Shown here piece after piece: positions 16,555 to 23,713 of a stretch of DNA of 24,000 nucleotides. The DNA is taken from positions 1-24,000 of the forward strand of contig SVGP01000023.1 in assembly GCA_015056255.1 (NCBI GenBank). Reading direction: 5' to 3'. A model generated the notes under the pieces. The model was not told the DNA's origin. It saw nothing but the letters and a program-made list of their open reading frames with translations, and did no database searches. Position 1 is the stretch's first letter; each line of letters begins with the position of its first letter. The DNA is from Clostridiales bacterium. Its GTDB lineage: Bacteria > Bacillota > Clostridia > Christensenellales > Aristaeellaceae. Position numbers and translations under genes: made by a program.

Positions 16555-18876
16555 TTAGAGCTTGTTTCTCTGAATCTTGCCGCTTGTGGTCTTGGGCAAT
16601 TCATCACGGAAGACGACAATGCGCGGATATTTATAAGGCGCGGTCTTCTTCTTGACGTAATTCTGGATTTCCTTTTTAAGTTCCTCCGTAGGCTCCGTTC
16701 CCTTGGTAAGGACGATGCTCGCCTTGACCACCTGACCGCGGATTTCATCCGGCGCAGCGGATACGCCGCACTCAATAACATAGGGAAGCTCCATAATGAC
16801 GGATTCGATTTCAAACGGCCCGATTCGGTAACCGGAGGACTTGATCACGTCGTCCACGCGGCCCACATACCAGAAGTAGCCGTCTTCGTCCATCCACGCG
16901 GTATCGCCCGTGTGGTACATGCCATCGGAAACATCCAGAACCGGCTTTTTGAGCGTATTATCGTAGTATCCGCGCGTAAGGCCGCAGGGCAGGCCGTCTT
17001 CCACATGGATGACGATTTCGCCCGTTTCGCCGACGCCCACGCTCTTGCCCTCCGGATTTACAATGTCCACATCGTACAGCGGCACGGGTTTTCCCATGGA
17101 ACCGACCTTGGGCGTCATGCCGACGGTGTTTCCGATCATCATAGTGGTTTCCGACTGGCCGAAGCCCTCCATGAGGGATAAGCCCGTGGCCTTCTTGAAC
17201 TGGTGGAACACCTCGGGGTTCAGGGCCTCGCCCGCGATGGTCGCATGCTTGATGGAGGAAAGATCGAACTTCGAAAGATCCTCCTTGATCATGAAGCGAT
17301 ACATGGTGGGCGGCGCGCAGAAGGTGGTGATGTTGTATTTTTTGAACATCGGAAGGATATCGTTGGCGTCGAAGCGATCAAAGTCGTATACGAAAATCGC
17401 GCCTTCGCTCAGCCACTGACCGTAGAGCTTGCCCCACATGCTCTTGGCCCAGCCGGTGTCGGAAATGGTGTAGTGAAGGCCGTTGGGGTCGACGGTATGC
17501 CAGTAGTGGGCGGTAATGAAGTGGCCCAGCGGGTAGGTATATGTGTGGGATGCGATCTTGGGATAGCCGGTTGTTCCGCTGGTAAAGAACATGAGCATAA
17601 GGTCCTCGCCCTCGGGGCGTTTTTCGCCTTCCGGCACGGTGAGGGTAGATCTGAACATGCGGTATTCCGTGTCAAAGCTTCTCCAGCCATCGCGTTCGCC
17701 CTCAACCACGATGCGGTTACCAACAAACGGACACTCCTCAAGCGCAAGCTCCGCCTGATTGATGCAGTCGCCGACGCCGGTCACGATGACGGTGGAGACG
17801 CCGGCGGCAGTAAATCTGTAGGAAAGATCCTTTTTCAGAAGCTGGTTGGGTGCGAGGATTGCGATTGCGCCGATTTTCTGAAGCGCCATCATGATGATCC
17901 AGAACTGATAATGACGGCGGAGCATCAGAAGCACCTTGTCGCCCTTTTTGACGCCGATGGATCTGAAGTAGTTGGCGGCGCGGTTGGAAAGGCGCGAAAT
18001 ATCGGCAAAGGTGAAGCGGTTTTCCACGCCGTCGCGCGAAATGTGCATCATGGCCAGCTTTTCAGGGTTGTTCTTACCCAGCTCGTCCACAATGTCAAAG
18101 GCAAAGTTGAACTTTTCAGGATTTTTGAAGGAAATGGCTTTCAAAGAGCCATCGGGATTTTCAACCGCGTCCACCCACTTCGACCAGATGTGCTCGCCCT
18201 CGGGCGCAGTATGCACGGGCGCGGGCGCAATTTCGACCTTGGGAAGGGTCATCATGGGCTCTTTGACGGTGAGCTCCGGAATCGCATCGCCCGACGGATT
18301 TAAAACAATCGCGTAAAACAGGCAGTTTTCGCCGCCCACCGCGATCATGCCGTGGGGCTTGGAGGAGTCGTAATAGATGCTGTCGCCGGGGCCCAGAATC
18401 TCCCAGTGCGTTCCGACCTGCACCTTGAGCTTACCGGAAATAACGATATCGCATTCCTGGCCCTCGTGGCTGGTCAGTTCAATGTCCTGATACTGCGCCT
18501 CCTCGGAATAGGCGGCGTTTACGTACAAAGGCTCAGCGATTCGGTTTTTGAACTGCGCAGCGAGGTTATAGTACACCATGCCGTGCGCCTGCTCTATCCT
18601 CTGCCCCATGCCGTTTCTGGTTACGGTGTAGCCGGAAAGACGGGGGCTCGCGCCCTCGATAATATCGGTAACGTCAACATTCAAAACCAGCGCGCAGCGG
18701 TAAATAAAGGCGAAGTTCAGATCCGCCTTGCCCGCCTCGCAAAGTCTGTATTCCTCAATCGTAACGCCCGTCTTTTTGGCCATGCTCTCTTCGGAAATAC
18801 CCTCGATTTCACGAAGCTCCTTAATACGGCCTGCCATCTCCTGAAGCTTGAATTCCAGACCCGTCGTCTGATTCAT
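16555..18876 (-). CDS. HTH(XRE)-cupin-acyl-CoA synthetase fusion (AMP-forming, medium/short-chain ACS-like), paralog A
   Basis: Residues 12-72 form a Cro/C1-type HTH (RIKELREIEGISEESMAKKTGVTIEEYRLCEAGK). Residues around 105-195 form a cupin (SHEGQECDIVISGKLKVQVG...GDSIYYDSSKPHG). The remainder is an AMP-binding enzyme (FTSGTTGYPKIASHT, GFGQSETT, YHTGDTA, DDVIKSSGYRIGPFEIES, SGKIQRN). Start at ATG 18876, with AAAGGGGG 9 nt upstream. Confidence 0.9.
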   Translation of the reverse strand: MNQTTGLEFKLQEMAGRIKELREIEGISEESMAKKTGVTIEEYRLCEAGKADLNFAFIYRCALVLNVDVTDIIEGASPRLSGYTVTRNGMGQRIEQAHGMVYYNLAAQFKNRIAEPLYVNAAYSEEAQYQDIELTSHEGQECDIVISGKLKVQVGTHWEILGPGDSIYYDSSKPHGMIAVGGENCLFYAIVLNPSGDAIPELTVKEPMMTLPKVEIAPAPVHTAPEGEHIWSKWVDAVENPDGSLKAISFKNPEKFNFAFDIVDELGKNNPEKLAMMHISRDGVENRFTFADISRLSNRAANYFRSIGVKKGDKVLLMLRRHYQFWIIMMALQKIGAIAILAPNQLLKKDLSYRFTAAGVSTVIVTGVGDCINQAELALEECPFVGNRIVVEGERDGWRSFDTEYRMFRSTLTVPEGEKRPEGEDLMLMFFTSGTTGYPKIASHTYTYPLGHFITAHYWHTVDPNGLHYTISDTGWAKSMWGKLYGQWLSEGAIFVYDFDRFDANDILPMFKKYNITTFCAPPTMYRFMIKEDLSKFDLSSIKHATIAGEALNPEVFHQFKKATGLSLMEGFGQSETTMMIGNTVGMTPKVGSMGKPVPLYDVDIVNPEGKSVGVGETGEIVIHVEDGLPCGLTRGYYDNTLKKPVLDVSDGMYHTGDTAWMDEDGYFWYVGRVDDVIKSSGYRIGPFEIESVIMELPYVIECGVSAAPDEIRGQVVKASIVLTKGTEPTEELKKEIQNYVKKKTAPYKYPRIVVFRDELPKTTSGKIQRNKL

Positions 18877-18895
18877 GAATAAAAGCCCCCTTTCA

Positions 18896-19192
18896 GTCAA
18901 AAAAATCCGCCTCAAAGAAACATATCGTCTTTGAGGCGAATGAAAAAATCTTTCACACGCGGTACCACTCAAATTCACGCATTTTGAAAATGCGCCTCAC
19001 GGCTCCATCAAGCCGTTCTCCCTTTTCGCAGGCTCACGGGAGGCTCTACTGATTTCGGTCACCCGAAACGTTCTGCCGTCCGGCTCGGAAGCGACAAATT
19101 CTGCCTTCTCGTTACCGGCTCGCACCAAGCGCCGGCTCTCTGAAACGATTTTCCGTCAGAATCCTCTTCGTCATCGCCAATGATATGAAATT
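18896..19192 (-). promoter_or_regulatory. T-box riboswitch leader 2 (inferred specifier GUC, Val)
   Basis: The minus-strand RNA has a K-turn (GGCGAUGAC GAAG ... CUUC CGAGCC) and an AG bulge plus distal loop (AGAGAGCCGGCGCUUGGUGCGAGCCGG). The T-box sequence AAUUUGAGUGGUACCGCG lies at 18975-18958. The antiterminator is UUGAG[UGGUACC]GCG...CGC-CUCAA. The terminator is CGCCUCAAAGA, 9 nt, UCUUUGAGGCG, then GAUUUUUUU (18938-18896). The codon at the canonical position is GUC (19095-19093), followed by G. Confidence 0.88.
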
Positions 19193-19198
19193 AGAGAT

Positions 19199-19227
19199 AT
19201 GATACCACGAAGGGCGGAATCTGTCAA
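19199..19227 (-). promoter_or_regulatory. Sigma-A promoter of T-box unit 2
   Basis: TTGACA (19227-19222), a 17-nt spacer ending in TGG, then TATCAT (19204-19199), preceded by a T-rich UP-like tract. Confidence 0.7.
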
Positions 19228-19275
19228 TGAAAAAAACAGAAATCCTCACCGAACATGCAAATTTTCCTGCATTGC

Positions 19276-19304
19276 TTGATATGACATCAAAAAACTGTTA
19301 TACT
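19276..19304 (+). promoter_or_regulatory. Probable promoter of the DUF4160/DUF2442 pair
   Basis: TTGATA (19276-19281), a 17-nt spacer ending in TGT, then TATACT (19299-19304). Confidence 0.5.
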
Positions 19305-19327
19305 AAAAATATAAGGAGGCGATGTGC

Positions 19328-19594
19328 ATGCCAGAACTAAGCAGGTTTGCCGGAATCATTGTCAAAATGATTTTCAACGATACCGTTCAACATAATAAAC
19401 CCCACGTTCACGTATATTACGGTGAATATCAGGCCTCCATCGGCATTGATGGCGAATTATTGGCAGGTTCACTGCCTGTAAAGCAGCTAAAAATGGTTGT
19501 TGGATGGCTGGCACTTCACGAAGAAGAGGCCTATGCTGCATGGAATAAGGCTGTACGCGGCGAACGCTTCGACAAGATCAAACCCCTGATTTAA
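19328..19594 (+). CDS. DUF4160-family small protein
   Basis: MPELSRFAGIIVKMIFND..HNKPHVHVYYGEYQASIGIDGELLAGSLP matches the DUF4160 pattern (MP.ISRF.GI.I.MY..DH.PPHFH). Start taken at ATG 19328, 8 nt after AAGGAGG. Confidence 0.8.
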   Translation: MPELSRFAGIIVKMIFNDTVQHNKPHVHVYYGEYQASIGIDGELLAGSLPVKQLKMVVGWLALHEEEAYAAWNKAVRGERFDKIKPLI

Positions 19595-19605
19595 GGAGAT
19601 ATGCT

Positions 19606-19890
19606 ATGTATATTATTGACGGAATCGCATATGCATCCCAAAAAATGCAGGAAACATTCGTAACGGCAGTTAAACCGCTTGACGATATGATGATGATCGT
19701 CACATTCGGATCCGGCGAAAAACGATTGTATGACGCCTCTCAACTTCTCGATTTCCCAGCATTTCAACCCCTTAAAGATGAAACTGTTTTCATGAATGCA
19801 AAGGTGGAATATGGCGTCGTCACATGGGCGGACGGTGAAATCGACATTGCGCCGGAAACCATGTACGAAAACAGCTACGAATATCAATAA
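19606..19890 (+). CDS. DUF2442-family small protein
   Basis: The pattern (V.PLDD..L.V.F..GE.R..D...LLD.P.F.PL.D...F..V.V..G.V.W..GEIDIAPE.LYE) is typical of DUF2442. AAGGAG lies 7 nt upstream. The start is 11 nt after the DUF4160 stop. Confidence 0.8.
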   Translation: MYIIDGIAYASQKMQETFVTAVKPLDDMMMIVTFGSGEKRLYDASQLLDFPAFQPLKDETVFMNAKVEYGVVTWADGEIDIAPETMYENSYEYQ

Positions 19891-19902
19891 AGAATATATC
19901 AA

Positions 19903-19940
19903 GGCAGCGCACGGCCTGTGCGCTGCCTGACTTTTCTATT
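19903..19940 (+). terminator. Intrinsic terminator after the DUF2442 gene
   Basis: GGCAGCGCAC, a 5-nt loop, GTGCGCTGCC, then TGACTTTTCTATTT. It may also serve the convergent minus-strand gene. Confidence 0.7.
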
Positions 19941-19984
19941 TGCAAGAATTGTAATTACGGAAGATTCCTCTATATTTTTCTCCC

Positions 19985-20995
19985 TCATTCCCCAAAGAAC
20001 ACTCTGGGCGTATTGATGATACAAAATGCAATAACATCCTTATAGCGTTTGGTTTTCCCTGTTTCCAATGATACACAGTATGCATCCGCGCCGTATAAGG
20101 CGCGCATCCTAAAATAAACAAGTTCCTTTCCGGCTTTCGATACGGCGATACCCGTTTCCGGCTCCAGCAAGGACAAAGTAATCGTTTTCCCTTTTCTTGT
20201 CTTATAGTCTTCAATTGTATTTTCCTGAACGGAATACATTTTGAGAACTCCGTCTTTGTCAATAAACAAAAGCGTATCGTCATTCAGCCATGCGGGCGCT
20301 TCCCCTTCGCCGATATCTCTGACATTTCCGTCTGAATCGATTATAACAATCCTGTCAGGCAGGATAATATACGGGAATGCAAAGGAATCCTTGGTTTCAT
20401 CAAGGATTGTTTCGTAATAGCTGAATGCAATCCTGCCGCTTGACGAAACCGTATTTGAAGTCGTGTAAGTGTATCCGCGATTATCCGCCGGCGAAACAGC
20501 CCCATTTAACATCGCCCATTCCGGCGGGCAAAAACACATCTGGTAATCAACATGCGGATAAACGAATGTATCTCCGTTTTTGTTTAAGCGAACATACTCG
20601 CAGCAATATTCCTTGTTTTCCGCCAATCGGCAATAGTAGTAATCATCTCCATGCGCCGCAAATACATGCAGAAGGTTCGGATCCTTTATGATGCAGTCCG
20701 TTTGGATGTTTCCGTCTTCATGGACAGTGAGGATTTCCGTTTCACCGATCTCAATATGTTCACGCGCAGCACGCACACCCACTTCTTCAGTAAAGCCCTC
20801 AATCAGATAAAAATCCGCAGGACATACATCCTCGGCATGCTTTTTCGAAAGATCCTGTTTTCTGAACAACTGCGGATGATCGTCATCATCATACTCCACA
20901 AAGAAAACAGTACCGGATATCCCTGACGCAGCACACGCAGGGAACATTGAAGTAAAAATCACCATGATCAAAAGCAGGCAGAATTTCTTTTTCAT
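19985..20995 (-). CDS. Secreted Cys-rich hypothetical protein
   Basis: Signal peptide MKKKFCLLLIMVIFTSMFPACA with an A-x-A cleavage site. GGAGGAA ribosome-binding site. The C-terminal half has beta-propeller-like repeats (IIDSDGNVRDIG, LFIDKDGVLKMY). No recognisable enzyme motifs. Confidence 0.7.
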   Translation of the reverse strand: MKKKFCLLLIMVIFTSMFPACAASGISGTVFFVEYDDDDHPQLFRKQDLSKKHAEDVCPADFYLIEGFTEEVGVRAAREHIEIGETEILTVHEDGNIQTDCIIKDPNLLHVFAAHGDDYYYCRLAENKEYCCEYVRLNKNGDTFVYPHVDYQMCFCPPEWAMLNGAVSPADNRGYTYTTSNTVSSSGRIAFSYYETILDETKDSFAFPYIILPDRIVIIDSDGNVRDIGEGEAPAWLNDDTLLFIDKDGVLKMYSVQENTIEDYKTRKGKTITLSLLEPETGIAVSKAGKELVYFRMRALYGADAYCVSLETGKTKRYKDVIAFCIINTPRVFFGE

Positions 20996-21036
20996 ATTTC
21001 CTCCGTACCATTCTCTGATTGTAATGTTGTACTTTC

Positions 21037-21065
21037 AGTATATCATCCTTTCCTATTTGTGTCTA
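21037..21065 (-). promoter_or_regulatory. Possible promoter of the secreted hypothetical gene
   Basis: TAGACA, a 17-nt spacer ending in TGA, then TATACT, read on the minus strand. Confidence 0.45.
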
Positions 21066-21073
21066 CCGCACAT

Positions 21074-21108
21074 ATAAAATACCGCCGCAGGGCAATTCCT
21101 GCGGCGGC
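21074..21108 (-). terminator. Intrinsic terminator after the unit-3 ligase gene
   Basis: The minus-strand RNA reads CCGCCGCAGG, a 6-nt loop, CCUGCGGCGG, then UAUUUUAUAU, starting 6 nt after the stop. Confidence 0.75.
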
Positions 21109-21113
21109 ATTCT

Positions 21114-23390
21114 TTACAGAAGATTCCTCTGGATCTTTCCGCTGATGGTTTTGGGAAGCTCATCCTTGAAGACGACGATTCTCGGATACTTGTAGGGCGC
21201 GGTTTTGTGCTTTACGTATTCCTGAATTTCCTTTTTGAGTTCCTCGGTGGGTTCGGTGCCCTTGGTTAAGACGATGCTCGCCTTGACCACCTGGCCGCGG
21301 ATCTCGTCGGGGGCTGCGGAAACGCCGCACTCGAGGACGTAGGGAAGCTCCATGATGACGGATTCGATTTCAAACGGCCCAATGCGGTAGCCGGAGGACT
21401 TGATCAGATCGTCCACGCGGCCTACATACCAGAAGTAGCCGTCTTCGTCCTTCCATGCGGTATCGCCGGTGTGGTACATGCCGTCCGAAAGGTCGATTTC
21501 AGGAACGCCCTTTTCGTTGTTGTAATAGCCGAGAGTAAGACCCATCGGGGGCTTGCCGTCCTTAAGGCGCACGACGATTTCGCCGGTTTCGCCCTGCTGG
21601 ACGCTGTTGCCGTCGTGATCGACGATGTCGATGTCGTAATTGGGAACGGGCTTGCCCATGGAGCCGACCTTCGGGCGCATACCGACGAGATTGGCGATGG
21701 TAAGGGTGGTTTCGGTCTGACCGAAGCCTTCCATAAGGGAGATGCCCGTGGCTTTTCTGAACTGATAGAAGACCTCGGGGTTCAAAGCTTCGCCTGCGAT
21801 GGTGGCATGCTCAATGGAAGAAAGATCGTATTTGGAAAGATCTTCCTTGATCATGAAGCGATACATGGTGGGCGGCGCGCAGAAGGTTGTGATGTGATAC
21901 TTTTTGAACATCGGCAGAATGACAGAGGCGTCGAAGCGGTCAAAGTCGTATACGAACGTCGCCGCCTCGCACATCCACTGGCCGTAAAGCTTGCCCCACA
22001 GCGCCTTGCCCCAGCCGGTGTCGGAGATAGTGAAGTGAAGGCCATCTGGGTTGACGTTGTGCCAATATTTGGCGGTAGCAAAATGCGCAAGCACGTATTT
22101 ACAGGAGTGAGTTGCGATCTTGGGATAGCCCGTCGTTCCGCTTGTAAAGAGCATGAGCATGGGATCGTCGCCCTTGATGGAATCCTCCGTTCTCGGGAAG
22201 GTGGAGGAGAACATGCGGGCTTCGGTGTCAAAGTCGCGCCAGCCCTCGCGAACGCCGTCGACGATGATTCTGTGTTTTAAAGTCGGGCTGTCCTTAAGCG
22301 CCTTGTCTACTTCTTCTGCAACCTTTCCCGTGCCCGTACAGATGATAGCGGAAACGCCGGCGGCATTGAAGCGGTAGGTAAGGTCGTGTTCGACCAGAAG
22401 GTTGGTTGCGGGGATGACGATTGCACCCAGCTTATGAAGCGCAAGAATGGCCTGCCAGAACTGATAATGGCGGCGCAGAATCAGCATGACTCTGTCGCCC
22501 TTTTTGATGCCGAGGGATTTAAAATAGTTGGCAACGCGGGAGGAAGAGCGGGAAAGCTCGCGGAAAGTGAACTTTCTTTCCTCCATATTGCGGCTTACGT
22601 GAACCATTGCAACCTTATCGGGCTTCTTTTCGGCGATGGCGTCCACGATATCGAAGGCAAAGTTGAACTCGTCCGCGTTTTTGTATTTGATCTCCTTGAC
22701 AAGGCCGTTTTCGTCCTCAACGCCCTCGACGAATTTTTCATAAATTCTGCCCTCAGTGCGCTTGGCGGCGACGATGGTGTCCCTGATTTCGAGCTCCTCC
22801 GTCTCCTCGCCCGGCAGTACCACCGCGCAGAAATAGCAGTCCTGACCTTCCACCGCGATCATGCCGTGGGGCGTTGAGGAGTCGTAATAGATGCTGTCGC
22901 CTTCATGCAGGATCTCGGTATGCTCGCCCACCTGCACCTTCAGTGCGCCGGACATGATCAGGTCAAATTCCTGACCGCTGTGGCGGGTCAGATGGATGGG
23001 GCTTTTCTGCTGCTCGGGCGAATATTCGTATTTTACAAAATAAGGCTCGGCAATCTTCTTTTTGAAAAGCGGCGCAAGGGACCTGATTTCAAGGCCTACT
23101 TCGCGCGCGGTAACCGTGCCCTGGCCTTTTCTGGTAACGGTGTACTGGGTCAGGCGCGCGGATTTACCTTCCATAAGGTCGGTGATTTCAACGCCCAGTT
23201 CCAGCGCGCATTTGTGGATGAAGCTGAAGGGGAAGTCCAGCTGGCCGTCCTCGTACTGCACATACATTTCGAGGCTCACTTCCGTGCGCTCGGCCATTTC
23301 CTCCCTTGAAAAACCAGCGATTTCACGCAGCTCACGAATTCGGGCCGCCACCTCGAAGATTTTATTGGTCGCGTTGTTTGTCGCCTGCAT
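21114..23390 (-). CDS. HTH(XRE)-cupin-acyl-CoA synthetase fusion, paralog B
   Basis: Same three-domain layout as 16555-18876: RIRELREIAGFSREEMAERTEVSLEMYVQYEDGQ, then RHSGQEFDLIMSGALKVQVG...GDSIYYDSSTPHG, then FTSGTTGYPKIATHS...SGKIQRN. The C-terminal 90 aa are nearly identical to paralog A. Start at ATG 23390, with GGAGGG upstream. Confidence 0.9.
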   Translation of the reverse strand: MQATNNATNKIFEVAARIRELREIAGFSREEMAERTEVSLEMYVQYEDGQLDFPFSFIHKCALELGVEITDLMEGKSARLTQYTVTRKGQGTVTAREVGLEIRSLAPLFKKKIAEPYFVKYEYSPEQQKSPIHLTRHSGQEFDLIMSGALKVQVGEHTEILHEGDSIYYDSSTPHGMIAVEGQDCYFCAVVLPGEETEELEIRDTIVAAKRTEGRIYEKFVEGVEDENGLVKEIKYKNADEFNFAFDIVDAIAEKKPDKVAMVHVSRNMEERKFTFRELSRSSSRVANYFKSLGIKKGDRVMLILRRHYQFWQAILALHKLGAIVIPATNLLVEHDLTYRFNAAGVSAIICTGTGKVAEEVDKALKDSPTLKHRIIVDGVREGWRDFDTEARMFSSTFPRTEDSIKGDDPMLMLFTSGTTGYPKIATHSCKYVLAHFATAKYWHNVNPDGLHFTISDTGWGKALWGKLYGQWMCEAATFVYDFDRFDASVILPMFKKYHITTFCAPPTMYRFMIKEDLSKYDLSSIEHATIAGEALNPEVFYQFRKATGISLMEGFGQTETTLTIANLVGMRPKVGSMGKPVPNYDIDIVDHDGNSVQQGETGEIVVRLKDGKPPMGLTLGYYNNEKGVPEIDLSDGMYHTGDTAWKDEDGYFWYVGRVDDLIKSSGYRIGPFEIESVIMELPYVLECGVSAAPDEIRGQVVKASIVLTKGTEPTEELKKEIQEYVKHKTAPYKYPRIVVFKDELPKTISGKIQRNLL

Positions 23391-23417
23391 GAAAATCCCT
23401 CCTTTGAAATGAATTTT

Positions 23418-23707
23418 GAAAATAAAAAAACGCCCCAAAGAAACCACTGTTTCTTTGAGACGAAAATCACTTTATAGATTTCCGCGGTACCACTCAAATT
23501 GCGTTTGTCAAAAACGCCCCTTAACAGGCTCCATCAAGCCCTGCGCCTGTAACGCTGCGCCAGCGGGAAGAGACTACTGGAAAAATTTCATCCTTCCGGC
23601 TCGGGAGTGATGGGCACATTGACCATATGCTTTCGCCGGCTTTCACCAAGCGCCGGCTCTCTGTGGAAATGCATTTTGATCTGCCGTCTCCGTCATTGCT
23701 TTTCTTG
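23418..23707 (-). promoter_or_regulatory. T-box riboswitch leader 3 (inferred specifier AUC, Ile)
   Basis: The minus-strand RNA has a K-turn (AGCAAUGAC GGAG ... CUCC CGAGCC) and an AG bulge plus distal loop (AGAGAGCCGGCGCUUGGUGAAAGCCGGCG). The T-box sequence AAUUUGAGUGGUACCGCG lies at 23500-23483. The terminator is CGUCUCAAAGAAAC, 4 nt, GUUUCUUUGGGGCG, then a U7 run (23462-23418). The codon at the canonical position is AUC (23611-23609), followed by A. Confidence 0.88.
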
Positions 23708-23713
23708 GAAGAT

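Noticed and set aside
17203-18882. 366-aa and 176-aa plus-strand ORFs, with equivalents at 21471-22280 and 22386-23412.
   Set aside because: They are antisense to the two HTH-cupin-ACS genes. They appear in both paralogs only because the sense strand is conserved.
19102-19108. GAA-GGC-A in leader 2, which looks exactly like a canonical glycine specifier loop (as in glyQS).
   Set aside because: It lies one helix further from the K-turn than the canonical specifier position. The T-box bulge is UGGU, which pairs with A73, whereas bacterial tRNA-Gly has U73 and needs UGGA. The aligned position in leaders 1 and 3 has no equivalent. It is kept only as an alternative to be excluded by covariance-model alignment.
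19591-20283. 103-aa and 115-aa minus-strand ORFs.
   Set aside because: The first is antisense to the DUF2442 gene. The second overlaps the 3' end of the 336-aa secreted-protein gene in another frame and spans the terminator. Neither has a ribosome-binding site.
23620-23626. AUG-GUC-A in an upper internal loop of leader 3, as an alternative Val specifier.
   Set aside because: The positional argument is the same as for leader 2. The loop directly above the K-turn helix gives AUC-A, in register with GUC-G and CUC-C of the other leaders. This cannot be fully excluded without structure-aware alignment.
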